From positions 224,001 through 288,000 of the forward strand of contig OY764265.1 in the NCBI GenBank assembly GCA_963668355.1: DNA of 64,000 nucleotides, written 5' to 3'. Position numbers and translations under genes: made by a program. Below the pieces are notes generated by a model, which was not told the origin of the DNA, made no database searches, and saw only the letters and a list, made by a program, of their open reading frames with translations. The DNA comes from Bdellovibrionota bacterium (lineage in GTDB: Bacteria; Bdellovibrionota_G; JALEGL01; DATDPG01). Below, piece after piece: positions 28,237-38,580 of this stretch; position 1 is the stretch's first letter; every line of letters starts with the position of its first letter.

Positions 28237-29163
28237 ATGAGCAGTTTAAATTTCAACCATCTTTATTATTTTCTAACCATTGCGAAAGAGGGATCGGTTA
28301 CGGCTGCCTCCAAAAATTTGTTTTTAACTCAGCCGACCCTCAGTGGACAACTACGTCAGCTGGAAGAATTCTTCGGCAGAAAACTTTTCGACCGCAAGAA
28401 AAAGCGATTACATCTGAACGAACACGGTCAATTGGTCTTGGATTATGCGATGAGAATTTTCAAACTGAGAGACGAAATGGTTTCTGCAGTGGGGCAATCT
28501 CACGTACAACCCGTACATCGCGTAGCCGTTGGCGTCCTCCCCTCTCTCTCTCGAACCTATATTCAAGAATTTCTCGATATCTTGTGGAGCAATCCAGAGG
28601 ATGTTCACGTTTTTCTTAGAGAAAACAACCTTTCAGAATTGATTCGAGATCTTCAAGCTGGAAACCTGGATGTAATCCTCAGCGATACTCCAGCTCCCTT
28701 CTCTGACTCGAGGCTGGGGAGTGATCGAATTTTAGGTCGAGATATCATTGCAGCCGCCCACCCCAACTGGAAATACCTGAGAAAGAACTTTCCAAAATCT
28801 TTGCAGGATAAGCCGTTCATGCATGTCACCCGTCACAGTCGCCTCCGCGACGACATTGACCTCTTCTTTTATTCAAAAAAAATCTCCCCCCAAGTAAAAG
28901 GGGAAATGGATGACACCAGATTGTTACGGAGGGCAGCTGAAACCGGCCGTTTTTTCGTCATTTTGCCCCAAAAACTCCTGTCCAACGCTTTGGCTTCGAA
29001 AAGCCTCATTCGTCTTGGAGAAATCCGCTCCATCAAGTCTGACAATTGGGTTATTACTCGAAAGGGTGGCCCGATGGAAAACATCGTAAAACGATCGGTC
29101 CAGGCGTTGAAAAACAAAAACCCAGTACGGAGGAACGCGAACACACGCGAACGTCGAGGCTAA
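28237..29163 (+). CDS. LysR-family regulator, NhaR-like
   Basis: LNFNHLYYFLTIAKEGSV..LTQPTLSGQLRQLEE, closely matching the NhaR N-terminus. Confidence 0.88.
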   Translation: MSSLNFNHLYYFLTIAKEGSVTAASKNLFLTQPTLSGQLRQLEEFFGRKLFDRKKKRLHLNEHGQLVLDYAMRIFKLRDEMVSAVGQSHVQPVHRVAVGVLPSLSRTYIQEFLDILWSNPEDVHVFLRENNLSELIRDLQAGNLDVILSDTPAPFSDSRLGSDRILGRDIIAAAHPNWKYLRKNFPKSLQDKPFMHVTRHSRLRDDIDLFFYSKKISPQVKGEMDDTRLLRRAAETGRFFVILPQKLLSNALASKSLIRLGEIRSIKSDNWVITRKGGPMENIVKRSVQALKNKNPVRRNANTRERRG

Positions 29164-29193
29164 ACAAAAAACCTAAGTCAAAAGAGAATACGT

Positions 29194-29481
29194 TTAAGAA
29201 AGCTCGTTTCCATCGCGTAGGGATTTCATCGCCTCCGAAAGCTGGCGAACTCTGTACTGCAATGGTCTTTCAACATCTGAAAGAAATCGAGCCCCCACCT
29301 TTTTTCTCTCCTGGATGGTACGATGCAATTCATAGTACCTACGCAAAACCGGCGCAATGTTTTCTGAGAAGTGGACTCGTTGCGACAACGCTAAGCCTTT
29401 TCCGGTCTGCCGCAAGTGACGAACCGTTCGGTCCCATCCCTCTGTGATTTCCTCTAAGCTAGTAGCTTTATGGAATTTCAT
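29194..29481 (-). CDS. Hypothetical protein
   Basis: 95-aa ORF from ATG 29481 with purine-rich leader. Confidence 0.45.
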   Translation of the reverse strand: MKFHKATSLEEITEGWDRTVRHLRQTGKGLALSQRVHFSENIAPVLRRYYELHRTIQERKKVGARFLSDVERPLQYRVRQLSEAMKSLRDGNELS

Positions 29482-29645
29482 ATCATCTTCTCTTTCCTCT
29501 TTTTCTTCCGCCTTTTCCACAGTCGCAATCCTTGTTACCAAGATGGAAATAATCAATACAACAAATGGAGAGACTATGGCATTGATCCTTAATACAGGTT
29601 CGCATATGCAGTTCTTTTTCTAAAATCGTTTGTTGGGTATTTATC

Positions 29646-29665
29646 CATAGGTCTGCGCCTATATA
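29646..29665. promoter_or_regulatory. Candidate LysR box 2
   Basis: CATAG GTCTGCGC CTATATA upstream of the PRC-barrel gene. Confidence 0.5.
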
Positions 29666-29840
29666 ATTCGCTCAAATCGCCATCTTTACTTTTCTAACAC
29701 ATTATCTTTTTTCTATATTCACATTCCCGATTATCCATTTTACGGAATATCACCAACATGCCAGTCTAACGTATGTATCGAGACGGTTCATAAGTGTTTG
29801 CATAAATGTAATTCGCGGCACTTATGAGGAAAGGGAAAAA

Positions 29841-30620
29841 ATGCTTGAACGATTTAAAAGACTTAAAGGTAAAACGCTTCAAACTACGGACGGAGAAATC
29901 GGAAAAGTAACCGATGTTTATTTCGAGGATCAAACATGGGCCATACGCTACCTCGTAGTCCGAGCAGGTAATTGGTTTTCCGGGGAAAAAGTGTTGATTT
30001 CTCCCATTGCAGTAGATGACTTGGAACCCACCGAAGATTTTGTATCTGTGTATTTAACCAAAGACCAAGTCAAGGACAGTCCCTCCTACGATGAACGAAA
30101 GCCCGTTTCCAGGGAATATGAAGTCCCTTACTTTGCCTATTACGGGTGGCCTTATTACTGGGGTCACGGGAGTCTTTGGGGAGCCGGTATTAATCCGAGA
30201 GACCTGCGCAACTCGGAAGCTCATCGCATCCCTCAACCCAATGAGCTTGAAAGAAGCCACAACGCACTTCGATCTTCCAAAGAGGTTTCCGGATATCATA
30301 TTCGTTCTTTAGATGGAGAAATTGGCCACATCACTGACTTCCTCTTTGATGTAGAGACTTGGACCATTCGATACTTGGTTTTAGACACCCGAAACTGGCT
30401 TCCTGGGAAGAAGGTTTTGCTATCGCCGGACTGGGCGACACGGATCGATTGGCCGAAACAAATCGTGACCTTTGACCTTACCCAAGATCAGATTCAAAAC
30501 GCCCCTGAATACAATGAGTATCTAATACCAAGCAGGGACTACGAGGCGAAATTGCACGAACACTACACCCAGCAGGGGTACTGGGAGACTCTTCCAAAAA
30601 ATATCCCCGCTCAAATGTAA
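29841..30620 (+). CDS. Tandem PRC-barrel domain protein
   Basis: Two repeats of DGEIG.V/I.D..F...W.IRYLV....WL.G.KVL.SP. Confidence 0.9.
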   Translation: MLERFKRLKGKTLQTTDGEIGKVTDVYFEDQTWAIRYLVVRAGNWFSGEKVLISPIAVDDLEPTEDFVSVYLTKDQVKDSPSYDERKPVSREYEVPYFAYYGWPYYWGHGSLWGAGINPRDLRNSEAHRIPQPNELERSHNALRSSKEVSGYHIRSLDGEIGHITDFLFDVETWTIRYLVLDTRNWLPGKKVLLSPDWATRIDWPKQIVTFDLTQDQIQNAPEYNEYLIPSRDYEAKLHEHYTQQGYWETLPKNIPAQM

Positions 30621-30807
30621 TAAAGAGCTCCTTCCCGGTCAGGACGCCTGCCTTTTCCAGCAAACCAGAGGTTTGTGGGGGAGGCATTGGCGTGCTGTGT
30701 ATCCGGAGCTTTTCTTTTATCATGGATTTTTTCAATGATGTGTTTTTTAAATATCTATTTTTAATGAGCCGCGTACATCCCTTACAATGAAAGTGAAAGG
30801 AGGTCGT

Positions 30808-31053
30808 ATGGACATTAGGTCAACCGTTGCTTTTTGCGAAGTAGCCGCCCAAGAACTGGGCCCACAGTTTGTGGCTCCATACATGCGAGGAAAGACAAAG
30901 GTTCGTGACGTCATTTACGATGAAACCGACCTGTCTTTCGCTGAAGCCGAAGAGGTGGTCGATAAAATGGAAAGAAACCGACTCATTGAGCACCGGCTCG
31001 TAGGAACGTCCCCTCCCCGACCCATTTGGCGATTCAATCATCGGTTTAAATAG
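30808..31053 (+). CDS. Small hypothetical protein (winged-helix-like)
   Basis: SD AGGAGG; GKTKVRDVI..LSFAEAEEVVDKME. Confidence 0.6.
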   Translation: MDIRSTVAFCEVAAQELGPQFVAPYMRGKTKVRDVIYDETDLSFAEAEEVVDKMERNRLIEHRLVGTSPPRPIWRFNHRFK

Positions 31054-31132
31054 AGGCGTCAACATTTCCGGAGATAAAACTCAACCGTCGCTTTTTCGAG
31101 AGAGACATAATTGCTTTCGAATCTCCACCGCA

Positions 31133-32551
31133 ATGCGAGGTGTTTTCCACATTGATGGAGATGCCTACTTTAAAAGATTGGCATCGGTCTTACCCCAGGC
31201 TGAACACTCCTTATGGATTGTGGGTTGGGATTTTGACAGTCGAATTTCAGTCGACTCTCACAATCTCGGAAAAAGGCTAAGCGACCTTGCCAAAGCCAGA
31301 CCCAATCTCTCCATTTACATTTTGATCTGGGATGCTTCCACATTGTTTGACTGGGAACGGGAACCCTTTCCTCGATTACGCGCTTTGAGTTTACCTGAGA
31401 ACATTTTCTTCCGACTGGACGCCGAGACCCCGGCTGGCGGCTCTCATCACCAAAAATTTGTGGTGATTGATGATCGAGTCGCCTTTTGTGGAGGAATTGA
31501 TCTCACGCGTGGCCGAGATGACTCGCCCAAGCACGACACCCAAGATCGACGCCCCATCCATGACATCCAAATGGAGGTAGAGGGTCCTGTGGCGCAAATC
31601 TTGGGCGACATCGCCCGTGATCGTTGGAAAAGTGCAACGGGCGAAATCATAGACCCTCCTCCAAAGCCCACTCAAGAAAACATGAAAACCGCCGCTTCAC
31701 CCGCTGACTTTGTAAACGCACCGATTTCTGTAGCCAGGACCCAGCCAGCATTTGCCAAGCGAAAGGAAATTCGTGAAATCGAGCAGCTTCACTTGGACTT
31801 AATTGGGACAGCGGAGCGCCACATTTATATTGAAAACCAATATTTAACTTCGAACGTCGTCACAAAGGCGTTAAAAAAATCCCTGCGAAAGAGAAAGGGG
31901 CCCGAAATCGTCATTGTGCTTCCGGAAAAAATGCATACGGGTGCGGAGAACTTCGTCATGGGGAATCTGCAAAAGGAAGCCATTCAAAACCTGCGGAGAT
32001 CTGACAAACGAAAACGCCTTGGAATCTTCTATCCCGTACTTCCACTGAATTCATCGATGGTTATGCACAGTAAACTCATGATCATTGATGACATTTACGC
32101 TCGTGTCGGATCCGCCAACTTATCGAATCGTTCGATGGGCCTGGATACCGAATGTGACCTCGTCTTAGACGGATCCAAAAGCTCTGACCATGAAGCCGCC
32201 ATTCGTCGATTGAAGGCCAGGCTTTTATCTGAACATTTGGGAACTTCAAAAGAAGAGATTTTAGATGCGATGAATCAAAACCCCTCCATTCGAAACATCA
32301 TCACCCAACATGCATCCAAAGCCCGCTACCTGGAGTCTTTTCCCTCAAAAAAGGCAACTGCGAATGAAGAAGTGTTGAATTTTGTGAAATCACTAGCCGA
32401 TAGAGATCACGCGCCCGAGCTTCCGGACATCATTCATGCGGGACATGAAAAAAAAGGTTTCCGCGTGATCGGAACGTGGACTTTTAGAATTTTTCTATGG
32501 GTGGTCTTTCTTCTTTTTCTTGGCTTTCTCATTATTTTCCTTTCGCAATGA
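31133..32551 (+). CDS. Phospholipase D family protein (two HKD motifs)
   Basis: SHHQKFVVIDD..AFCGGIDL and MHSKLMIIDD..VGSANL; C-terminal TM. Confidence 0.9.
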   Translation: MRGVFHIDGDAYFKRLASVLPQAEHSLWIVGWDFDSRISVDSHNLGKRLSDLAKARPNLSIYILIWDASTLFDWEREPFPRLRALSLPENIFFRLDAETPAGGSHHQKFVVIDDRVAFCGGIDLTRGRDDSPKHDTQDRRPIHDIQMEVEGPVAQILGDIARDRWKSATGEIIDPPPKPTQENMKTAASPADFVNAPISVARTQPAFAKRKEIREIEQLHLDLIGTAERHIYIENQYLTSNVVTKALKKSLRKRKGPEIVIVLPEKMHTGAENFVMGNLQKEAIQNLRRSDKRKRLGIFYPVLPLNSSMVMHSKLMIIDDIYARVGSANLSNRSMGLDTECDLVLDGSKSSDHEAAIRRLKARLLSEHLGTSKEEILDAMNQNPSIRNIITQHASKARYLESFPSKKATANEEVLNFVKSLADRDHAPELPDIIHAGHEKKGFRVIGTWTFRIFLWVVFLLFLGFLIIFLSQ

Positions 32552-33264
32552 ACCGATTAACGCTCGTCACATTCAACATCCAACAGGCCATGCAATTTTC
32601 TCCAAAGCGACTGCATCTGCGCTCCGTATGTTCGGCTCTTCGCTCTCTGAAAGTAGATATTGTTCTTCTTCAGGAGGTGTGGATTCGAGATGGTTCTACT
32701 TTTAAAGAAATGTTGGGAGGCGAATTTCAACAATGGAAATGCGCGGAATACGCAGAACACGCACAACTTTTTGGAGGACATCAAGGAAATGCCATCCTGA
32801 GCACATTTCCTCTGCTTTTCAAAGAGGCGATCCCCTTTTCCACCTTTCATCGCCAACCCAGAGCGATGCTCCACGTTGACTTGGCCTTGAACGACACTTC
32901 TTGTTCGGTTTACAACGTCCATTTGGGCCTGGGAGCACAAGAAAGGCAGGCTCAAGCCGACCAACTGATCGACGTTTTGAAACGCCATCCACTCACGTCT
33001 CCTCTTCTCCTGGGCGGTGACTTCAACGACTGGCGAAGAAAGCTTTCTCCTCAATTCAAGGAGGGTTTAGGATTGACGGAGGCTTTCTTAAAAAAAATGG
33101 GACGACACGCACGTTCGTTTCCAGCTCGGCTCCCCATCCTCCCTTTGGACCGAATGTACACTCGAAACATCCAAGTTCTAGAGAGTCAAATTCTCAAAGG
33201 TCACCCTTGGAGACATCTATCAGACCACCGTCCATATCTCATACACATTACCCACCCGGGATAA
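32548..33264 (+). CDS. Endonuclease/exonuclease/phosphatase family protein (YbhP-like)
   Basis: VTFNI, LQEV, GNAILS, NVHLGL, GGDFNDW, LDR, LSDH. Confidence 0.9.
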   Translation: MNRLTLVTFNIQQAMQFSPKRLHLRSVCSALRSLKVDIVLLQEVWIRDGSTFKEMLGGEFQQWKCAEYAEHAQLFGGHQGNAILSTFPLLFKEAIPFSTFHRQPRAMLHVDLALNDTSCSVYNVHLGLGAQERQAQADQLIDVLKRHPLTSPLLLGGDFNDWRRKLSPQFKEGLGLTEAFLKKMGRHARSFPARLPILPLDRMYTRNIQVLESQILKGHPWRHLSDHRPYLIHITHPG

Positions 33265-33279
33265 TTGCACGCAAAGAAA

Positions 33280-33299
33280 CATAGCGTTTTATCTATATA
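33280..33299. promoter_or_regulatory. Candidate LysR box 3
   Basis: CATAG CGTTTTAT CTATATA upstream of the DUF883 gene. Confidence 0.5.
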
Positions 33300-33375
33300 T
33301 TCGTCATTGAATATCGATTTGACCAAACATCTTATGTTTTATAATTTGCTCACTGAATCGAAAGGAGATCAATAA

Positions 33376-33723
33376 ATGCCTAGAAACAACAAAACTGCCA
33401 ATCTGAAAATTTCTCAAGCTCTGGAACTCTTGGACGAAGCCGCTGTTGACAAGAAAGAGGAGATTCGAGAACTATTAGATGATGGATTCGACCAATTTAA
33501 AGAGGCCGTGTCCGATGTCGGACCTGGTCTTCGTGATTCCATTCAGAGTTCCAAAGAAAAAGTGCGCTATTTAGCGGATCGTGCCAAAGACAAAACGGTT
33601 GAAAAAACAAAGGAAGTGTCTCACGCCATTGATGACAATGTTCGTTCCAACCCTTGGAGCTACTTGGGAGCAGCGGCTGGAAGTGGACTTGTCCTCGGGT
33701 TCCTTCTGGGTCGGAAATCCTAG
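33376..33723 (+). CDS. DUF883/ElaB/YqjD-family tail-anchored membrane protein
   Basis: C-terminal DDNVRSNPWSYLGAAAGSGLVLGFLLGRK. Confidence 0.88.
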   Translation: MPRNNKTANLKISQALELLDEAAVDKKEEIRELLDDGFDQFKEAVSDVGPGLRDSIQSSKEKVRYLADRAKDKTVEKTKEVSHAIDDNVRSNPWSYLGAAAGSGLVLGFLLGRKS

Positions 33724-33738
33724 ACATTCGAGAAGAAT

Positions 33739-34137
33739 ATGAACGGCATCTTGGAAAAACTCGGGGAAGGATTGAGAACTTATCTCAAATCCTACCCCGA
33801 AAAAAGTGCGGATTTGCTAAAAGTAGAAACGGCCTCCCTCTATCTCAAGTCTATTCAAGTGTTACGGAGAGTCATCCTCCTCGTCTTGGGCCTTCAAATG
33901 ATTGGAATCCTTGGCGTCGCATCCTTAATAACAGCCTTCTCTGGTGTGCTAACCCAGATACATTGGGGAACCTCAAACCTGGGCTACCAGCTATTGGTTG
34001 CCGGGATTCTTGGGATGCTCACTTCCAGCCTGGGAACCTACCGGATGTTATCATCCAAAACGTTTTTAGAGATCACCCATGGAGACGAATTGCTGGAATC
34101 GACACTATCGAGCTGTAAAAAAGAGACCCGACACTAA
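33739..34137 (+). CDS. Two-TM membrane protein (YqjE/holin-X-like)
   Basis: Two TM helices; follows the DUF883 gene as yqjE follows yqjD. Confidence 0.55.
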   Translation: MNGILEKLGEGLRTYLKSYPEKSADLLKVETASLYLKSIQVLRRVILLVLGLQMIGILGVASLITAFSGVLTQIHWGTSNLGYQLLVAGILGMLTSSLGTYRMLSSKTFLEITHGDELLESTLSSCKKETRH

Positions 34138-34140
34138 CTC

Positions 34141-35562
34141 CTAAGGATTTGCAAAAACCGCTTGCCCTTGACGAGCGTAGTCAATGGCTTCTCCTAAAAT
34201 TCGCGCCGCTTCCTGTGGTGCATGAAAACCCATCGAGTTTTCTGCAGCAATGAAATCCAATCGCCACTGAGCCTTCCTTTGCAGCTCTAGAGACTGCTTC
34301 AGAATATTCTCTGGAACTCCATTCTTCTTGGCCAGTTTAATCGCATCCAATTGATCCATAAGCGCCTGTCCGGCTCGTTGCAACAAGTCGTGATTTCGAG
34401 ACTGGATCACATCGACCCGTTCTAGAATTTCCTTTTCAGAAAAATGATGACAGGACTGACAGGCGCGATTGACGTTGAGGAGGGGACTTCTCACCCAATG
34501 ATCCGATATTTTCGTGGCACCCTCTCGCATGTATGGCATATGGCAATCGGCACAGGAAACTCGGCTTCTTGCATGAATGCCTTGCGACCAAAGCTCAAAC
34601 TCGGGGTGTTGGGCTTTGAGGACTTTGGCACCAGACTCCTTGTGCTCATAGTCAAAAAATTGTTTTCCATCTGGAAATGTGGACTCATTCCAAAATTTCT
34701 CAATATTTTCGACCTTCAAACCATTTCCCCAAGGGAAGGTAAGTGGCTGCTGGCTTGAACAATAATACTCCACATGACATTGGGCACACACGAAGGACCG
34801 CATTTCCAACCGAGACGCATCCTTATTCGGATCGTAAGGCCGACTTTGATTTCCTTCCCTCCACCTCTCAATGGACTCAAACTGTGGCATCGGAGATTCA
34901 GAGTTGGCCAATCTCCGTATGCCCGCAATGAATCCAGGACGAGTCACACGCAAGCCCATCGTTTTGGAGTCATGGCAATCGACGCAAGATACTGGGTGTC
35001 CGTGCCCCATTTCATGCAACATTTCATTGAGTTCCTGATACGAATGGCGATAAGTCATTTCCATTCCCTTCATGGCATCCCCATCGCCCAAGCTCCTATA
35101 CAAAGGCATGATGGACGCATGACAATGAAGACAAGACCCAGACTGAGGCTTGGTCAGTCTTTCTGTATTCTCTTGATCGGTCAGCATATAGGCATGCCCT
35201 CTTCGATCTCGATAATCGATTGAAAAGGCATAGCCCAAAAACATCCGCTTCAACCAAGGGTCTCGATCAATTTTCTCCGCGGGAAGCGCTTCACTACCTC
35301 CATGCCCACCAAATCGCGTTCGCGTCGCAATGGCTGTCTTCTTGTAGGAGTCATATTGCATCGGCCAATTAATGCCCCATTTGGCAGGATCGGTATCATC
35401 TTCATTCACTTCCACTAATCTCACGTATGGCTTTCGAGCTTCACTCTTTCTCTCGAAGATATTCACCAACAACATGACAACCAGAAAGGTTCCAAGAGAG
35501 ACCCCGCCCGCGACAAAAAGAAAGGTTCTTGGTTTAAGAACAAAAGAGTCAAATCGTTTCAT
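34141..35562 (-). CDS. nrfA: Ammonia-forming pentaheme cytochrome c nitrite reductase, CXXCH-type
   Basis: RRGHAY; hemes [49 protein letters not shown]. Confidence 0.93.
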   Translation of the reverse strand: MKRFDSFVLKPRTFLFVAGGVSLGTFLVVMLLVNIFERKSEARKPYVRLVEVNEDDTDPAKWGINWPMQYDSYKKTAIATRTRFGGHGGSEALPAEKIDRDPWLKRMFLGYAFSIDYRDRRGHAYMLTDQENTERLTKPQSGSCLHCHASIMPLYRSLGDGDAMKGMEMTYRHSYQELNEMLHEMGHGHPVSCVDCHDSKTMGLRVTRPGFIAGIRRLANSESPMPQFESIERWREGNQSRPYDPNKDASRLEMRSFVCAQCHVEYYCSSQQPLTFPWGNGLKVENIEKFWNESTFPDGKQFFDYEHKESGAKVLKAQHPEFELWSQGIHARSRVSCADCHMPYMREGATKISDHWVRSPLLNVNRACQSCHHFSEKEILERVDVIQSRNHDLLQRAGQALMDQLDAIKLAKKNGVPENILKQSLELQRKAQWRLDFIAAENSMGFHAPQEAARILGEAIDYARQGQAVFANP

Positions 35563-36083
35563 GGTATTTCTCCTACTGTCTGGTCATTCCTTCCCAAACC
35601 GACATATTCGCCATGGCCTACACCTTGATGGCAATGCACACATGCAAGCTCTTGTCGGTCCATTACACTCGAAATGAGCAAGGGATGAATGATGCCTTTA
35701 TGGCACCTCACACAATTCTTCTGCAAAATGTCCGAGTTACGATCTATGATTTGAATCGGTTCATGAAAGTTTTGTAAGGTAAACGCCATCGAGTGACGAT
35801 AACCGTTATCTGCCTTTGCAATGTATTTACCGATAAAACTTGTTGGAAGATGGCAATCCACGCACACAGCCACCGTATGATGGCTGGATTTCGTCCATGA
35901 ATCGAATTGACGATTCATGATATGGCAATTTGCACAGGCTTTCGGATCGGAACTCAAGTAAGAAAGGCCATGCGCATAGAAAAAAGTGTATACCGAAAAA
36001 CCAACAAACAACCCCACACCAATGGCCACAAGAAAACCCGGATGACGTAACCATCCGAAAGCACCCTTTTTCGTTGGAGTCAC
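35559..36083 (-). CDS. nrfH: Cytochrome c nitrite reductase small subunit (tetraheme)
   Basis: TM plus [34 protein letters not shown] start overlapping the cupin stop. Confidence 0.92.
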   Translation of the reverse strand: MTPTKKGAFGWLRHPGFLVAIGVGLFVGFSVYTFFYAHGLSYLSSDPKACANCHIMNRQFDSWTKSSHHTVAVCVDCHLPTSFIGKYIAKADNGYRHSMAFTLQNFHEPIQIIDRNSDILQKNCVRCHKGIIHPLLISSVMDRQELACVHCHQGVGHGEYVGLGRNDQTVGEIP

Positions 36084-36421
36084 GCTTTGATCATCACCAA
36101 AAGCATCTTCATGTTTTCTGGCGCTTTGACCGCATGGGGAATGTTTGCCGGCAAAACAATCACTTCCCCAGCCTGCATCTTGTGCCAAGTCTCCTCAATC
36201 ATAACCGAGGCTTGACCTTCGACGATTTGAACAAAGGCATCATAGGGAGCTGAGTGTGGGCTGAGTTGCTCTCCCTTTGCAAAAGCAAAAAAGGTGATGT
36301 TTCCAGTTTCTGCCTTTTTGATCGAGCGACTAACAATGGATCCTGGGTTATAGGGAGCCAACTCATCCAAGCGCACTGGAGCACCGATCTCTTCTTTATA
36401 GTTGTCTTTCTTTGAATTCAT
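36080..36421 (-). CDS. Cupin domain protein
   Basis: IVSR..NITFFAFAKGEQLSPHSAPYDA..PANIPHAVKA..KMLL. Confidence 0.88.
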   Translation of the reverse strand: MNSKKDNYKEEIGAPVRLDELAPYNPGSIVSRSIKKAETGNITFFAFAKGEQLSPHSAPYDAFVQIVEGQASVMIEETWHKMQAGEVIVLPANIPHAVKAPENMKMLLVMIKA

Positions 36422-36457
36422 CTTTTTCAACCTTACTTTCGAGAAGGGGAATCGTAC

Positions 36458-36471
36458 TTGACCTAAGTCAA
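36458..36471. promoter_or_regulatory. FNR/CRP-family-type box upstream of cupin-nrfH-nrfA
   Basis: TTGAC-CTAA-GTCAA, perfect palindromic arms (TTGA-N6-TCAA). Confidence 0.65.
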
Positions 36472-36508
36472 GACTTTCCACTGAATTTAAGAATCTACTC
36501 TGTCAGGC

Positions 36509-37411
36509 CTAAGCCATCGACTCGTAAACCGAGGCAAACACCGGCGCGAAGTCTTGAATGGTCATGGACCCTTGATGATCCTCGGTCAGCTCTTGCGTGG
36601 GTTGAATCTTTCCCTCATTAAACGACTTATCCATCTCAAGGAGAAGGTCTACAACATTCGGTTTCAAGCCAGATTCAAGCATGGCCTTTTTCGCTTCGTC
36701 GTAAGGAAATTGAAAATACCGCAGATCCGGTTTTCCGATGGCCTCTCCCAGTGCCGAAGTAACTTTCTCCAGAGAAACTGCTTCGGGGCCAATCAGTTCA
36801 AAGACATTGATTCCCTGAAAGTCGAGACGGTCCAGAAATTCTGCCGCTTTCAAGCCAATGTCGTGGGTCGCCACAATTGGAATGGGATGATCCCCCTTTA
36901 AGGGCGAGCCGTTGATTCCTTCGGCTTTGATCAAAGGAATTGCCGCCAACTGATTTTCCATAAAATAAATGGGGCGAAGATGCATGATATTTACGTCTTT
37001 GAGTTGGTTGAGCCGCTGTTCATGCCGATACAGTCCCTTGATCGGCCCCGTACCTTCGCTCAAATGGGCTCCTAAACTACTCAAATTCAAGACATACGGA
37101 TTCTGAGCCTCGGAAATGGCTTTAACGATGCTCTCCCCTGCTCGGTCTTGCGCAGCACCAAAGTCCTCCGCCTCATAAAACGGAGGAATGAGACTAAAAA
37201 CTGCGTTTGCTCCTTTAAAAGCCTTCGCGAGTGAGGCAGGCTGATCCAAATCAACCGGATAGGGTTTGGCTCCAAAGGCCTCCATCGCCTCCAACTTCCT
37301 TTTATTTCGGCCAAGAGCTCTAACCTCGTGGCCTCTTTGAATAAGGTCTTGCGCCACAACGCTTCCGATGTTCCCAGTGGCTCCCATGATTGCGTAGACT
37401 GATTTTGCCAT
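36509..37411 (-). CDS. NmrA-like NAD(P)H-binding protein
   Basis: GATGNIGS, LSSLGAH, LRP..FMEN, VATHDIG. Confidence 0.88.
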   Translation of the reverse strand: MAKSVYAIMGATGNIGSVVAQDLIQRGHEVRALGRNKRKLEAMEAFGAKPYPVDLDQPASLAKAFKGANAVFSLIPPFYEAEDFGAAQDRAGESIVKAISEAQNPYVLNLSSLGAHLSEGTGPIKGLYRHEQRLNQLKDVNIMHLRPIYFMENQLAAIPLIKAEGINGSPLKGDHPIPIVATHDIGLKAAEFLDRLDFQGINVFELIGPEAVSLEKVTSALGEAIGKPDLRYFQFPYDEAKKAMLESGLKPNVVDLLLEMDKSFNEGKIQPTQELTEDHQGSMTIQDFAPVFASVYESMA

Positions 37412-37521
37412 TTTTTGCGCTCCTCGATCGTTTTAGGATGGTTCTTTTTTCATGATATAGGTCATGAATTACATCATAAAACCAAGGACCTCAAGGGAGG
37501 GAAAGTTGGGTGTGCTCTCCC

Positions 37522-38580
37522 TTAGGAATCCTGATGAAAACGTAGGAAACGAAAGGTTTGAATGCCATCAAAAAGCTGATGCACACGACTTTGGAATTGT
37601 TCCTCGTTTGCAGAATTCGCGTTGAGTTTCCGGACTTTTGCAAGAAAACCTTGGTTGTGAATGAAAGCGGAGGTTTTGTCACAGTCCTTCCAACATCGTT
37701 CAATCTTTTCAGGATCATTTGCATACGCAGAAAGTTGAAGCAAAAATTCTTTGAGATGCTCGAATGACTTCTTCGAAGGCATGAAAAGAGATTCCAACGC
37801 TTTGGACTTGTTTTCTTGATACTTCGACATAAAAAAACCCGTTCCCAAGTACACCCGATTGGAAGAACGACATGACGGAAAAACCCGAGTCGGAAGTTTG
37901 TCGATGGGACCCACTTTTCGAAGCTTACTCATGAAATGAAAATCTTCTGTGGCATTTTTGGCCGGCATTCCTCCACACAATTGATAATGATGAACGTCCG
38001 TACCAAGGCAAGAGCCAATCGTAAAATGCCCATAGGGAGATCCTGCGCTTTCCAAGCCAAGCTTCATCCATTTTAAAAAATCTTCATAAATGGTCATTCC
38101 CTCTTTTTCTTCCGGAGTCTGGGGACAATGTTCAAAGTCGATCGTGAAACCCGATCCGTTTGTTGGATGTTCCAAAATCGTTTGAACATAATTATCCGCA
38201 ACCAAACAATCTGCATCCAAGGACAAAACGCGATCTGAGTCTCGCTTCAGCATTTTCTGTACTGCGCAATCCATTCCGAGCTTCCGGGCTTCCCCCACAC
38301 CCTTTTTCAACTTCCACACCCGGTCCCCTAGCACCACAAGAGGATAGGACAAGCTTTCCTTCATGCCTTTGAGAATATCTAGCGTCTCTTGGTTATCCAG
38401 CTTCGCTTCTCGGGACACTTCGAGAGGTTCATTCACAACCACGACGACCTGAAACGCATCGGTGTCTCCAAAATGCACTACACTTTCCTGAAGAGAGGAA
38501 AGTGCTTTCGGCAACCACTCACTTTCCGCATAGGCAGGGATCACAACGGCTGCCGCATACTTTGTTTTCGAACCGGTCAT
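37522..38580 (-). CDS. Glycosyltransferase family 2 (GT-A fold)-like protein
   Basis: VVIPAYAE, GVGEARKLGMD, LDAD (DxD), TIGS, GG, EDFHF, RSSNRV. Confidence 0.75.
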   Translation of the reverse strand: MTGSKTKYAAAVVIPAYAESEWLPKALSSLQESVVHFGDTDAFQVVVVVNEPLEVSREAKLDNQETLDILKGMKESLSYPLVVLGDRVWKLKKGVGEARKLGMDCAVQKMLKRDSDRVLSLDADCLVADNYVQTILEHPTNGSGFTIDFEHCPQTPEEKEGMTIYEDFLKWMKLGLESAGSPYGHFTIGSCLGTDVHHYQLCGGMPAKNATEDFHFMSKLRKVGPIDKLPTRVFPSCRSSNRVYLGTGFFMSKYQENKSKALESLFMPSKKSFEHLKEFLLQLSAYANDPEKIERCWKDCDKTSAFIHNQGFLAKVRKLNANSANEEQFQSRVHQLFDGIQTFRFLRFHQDS

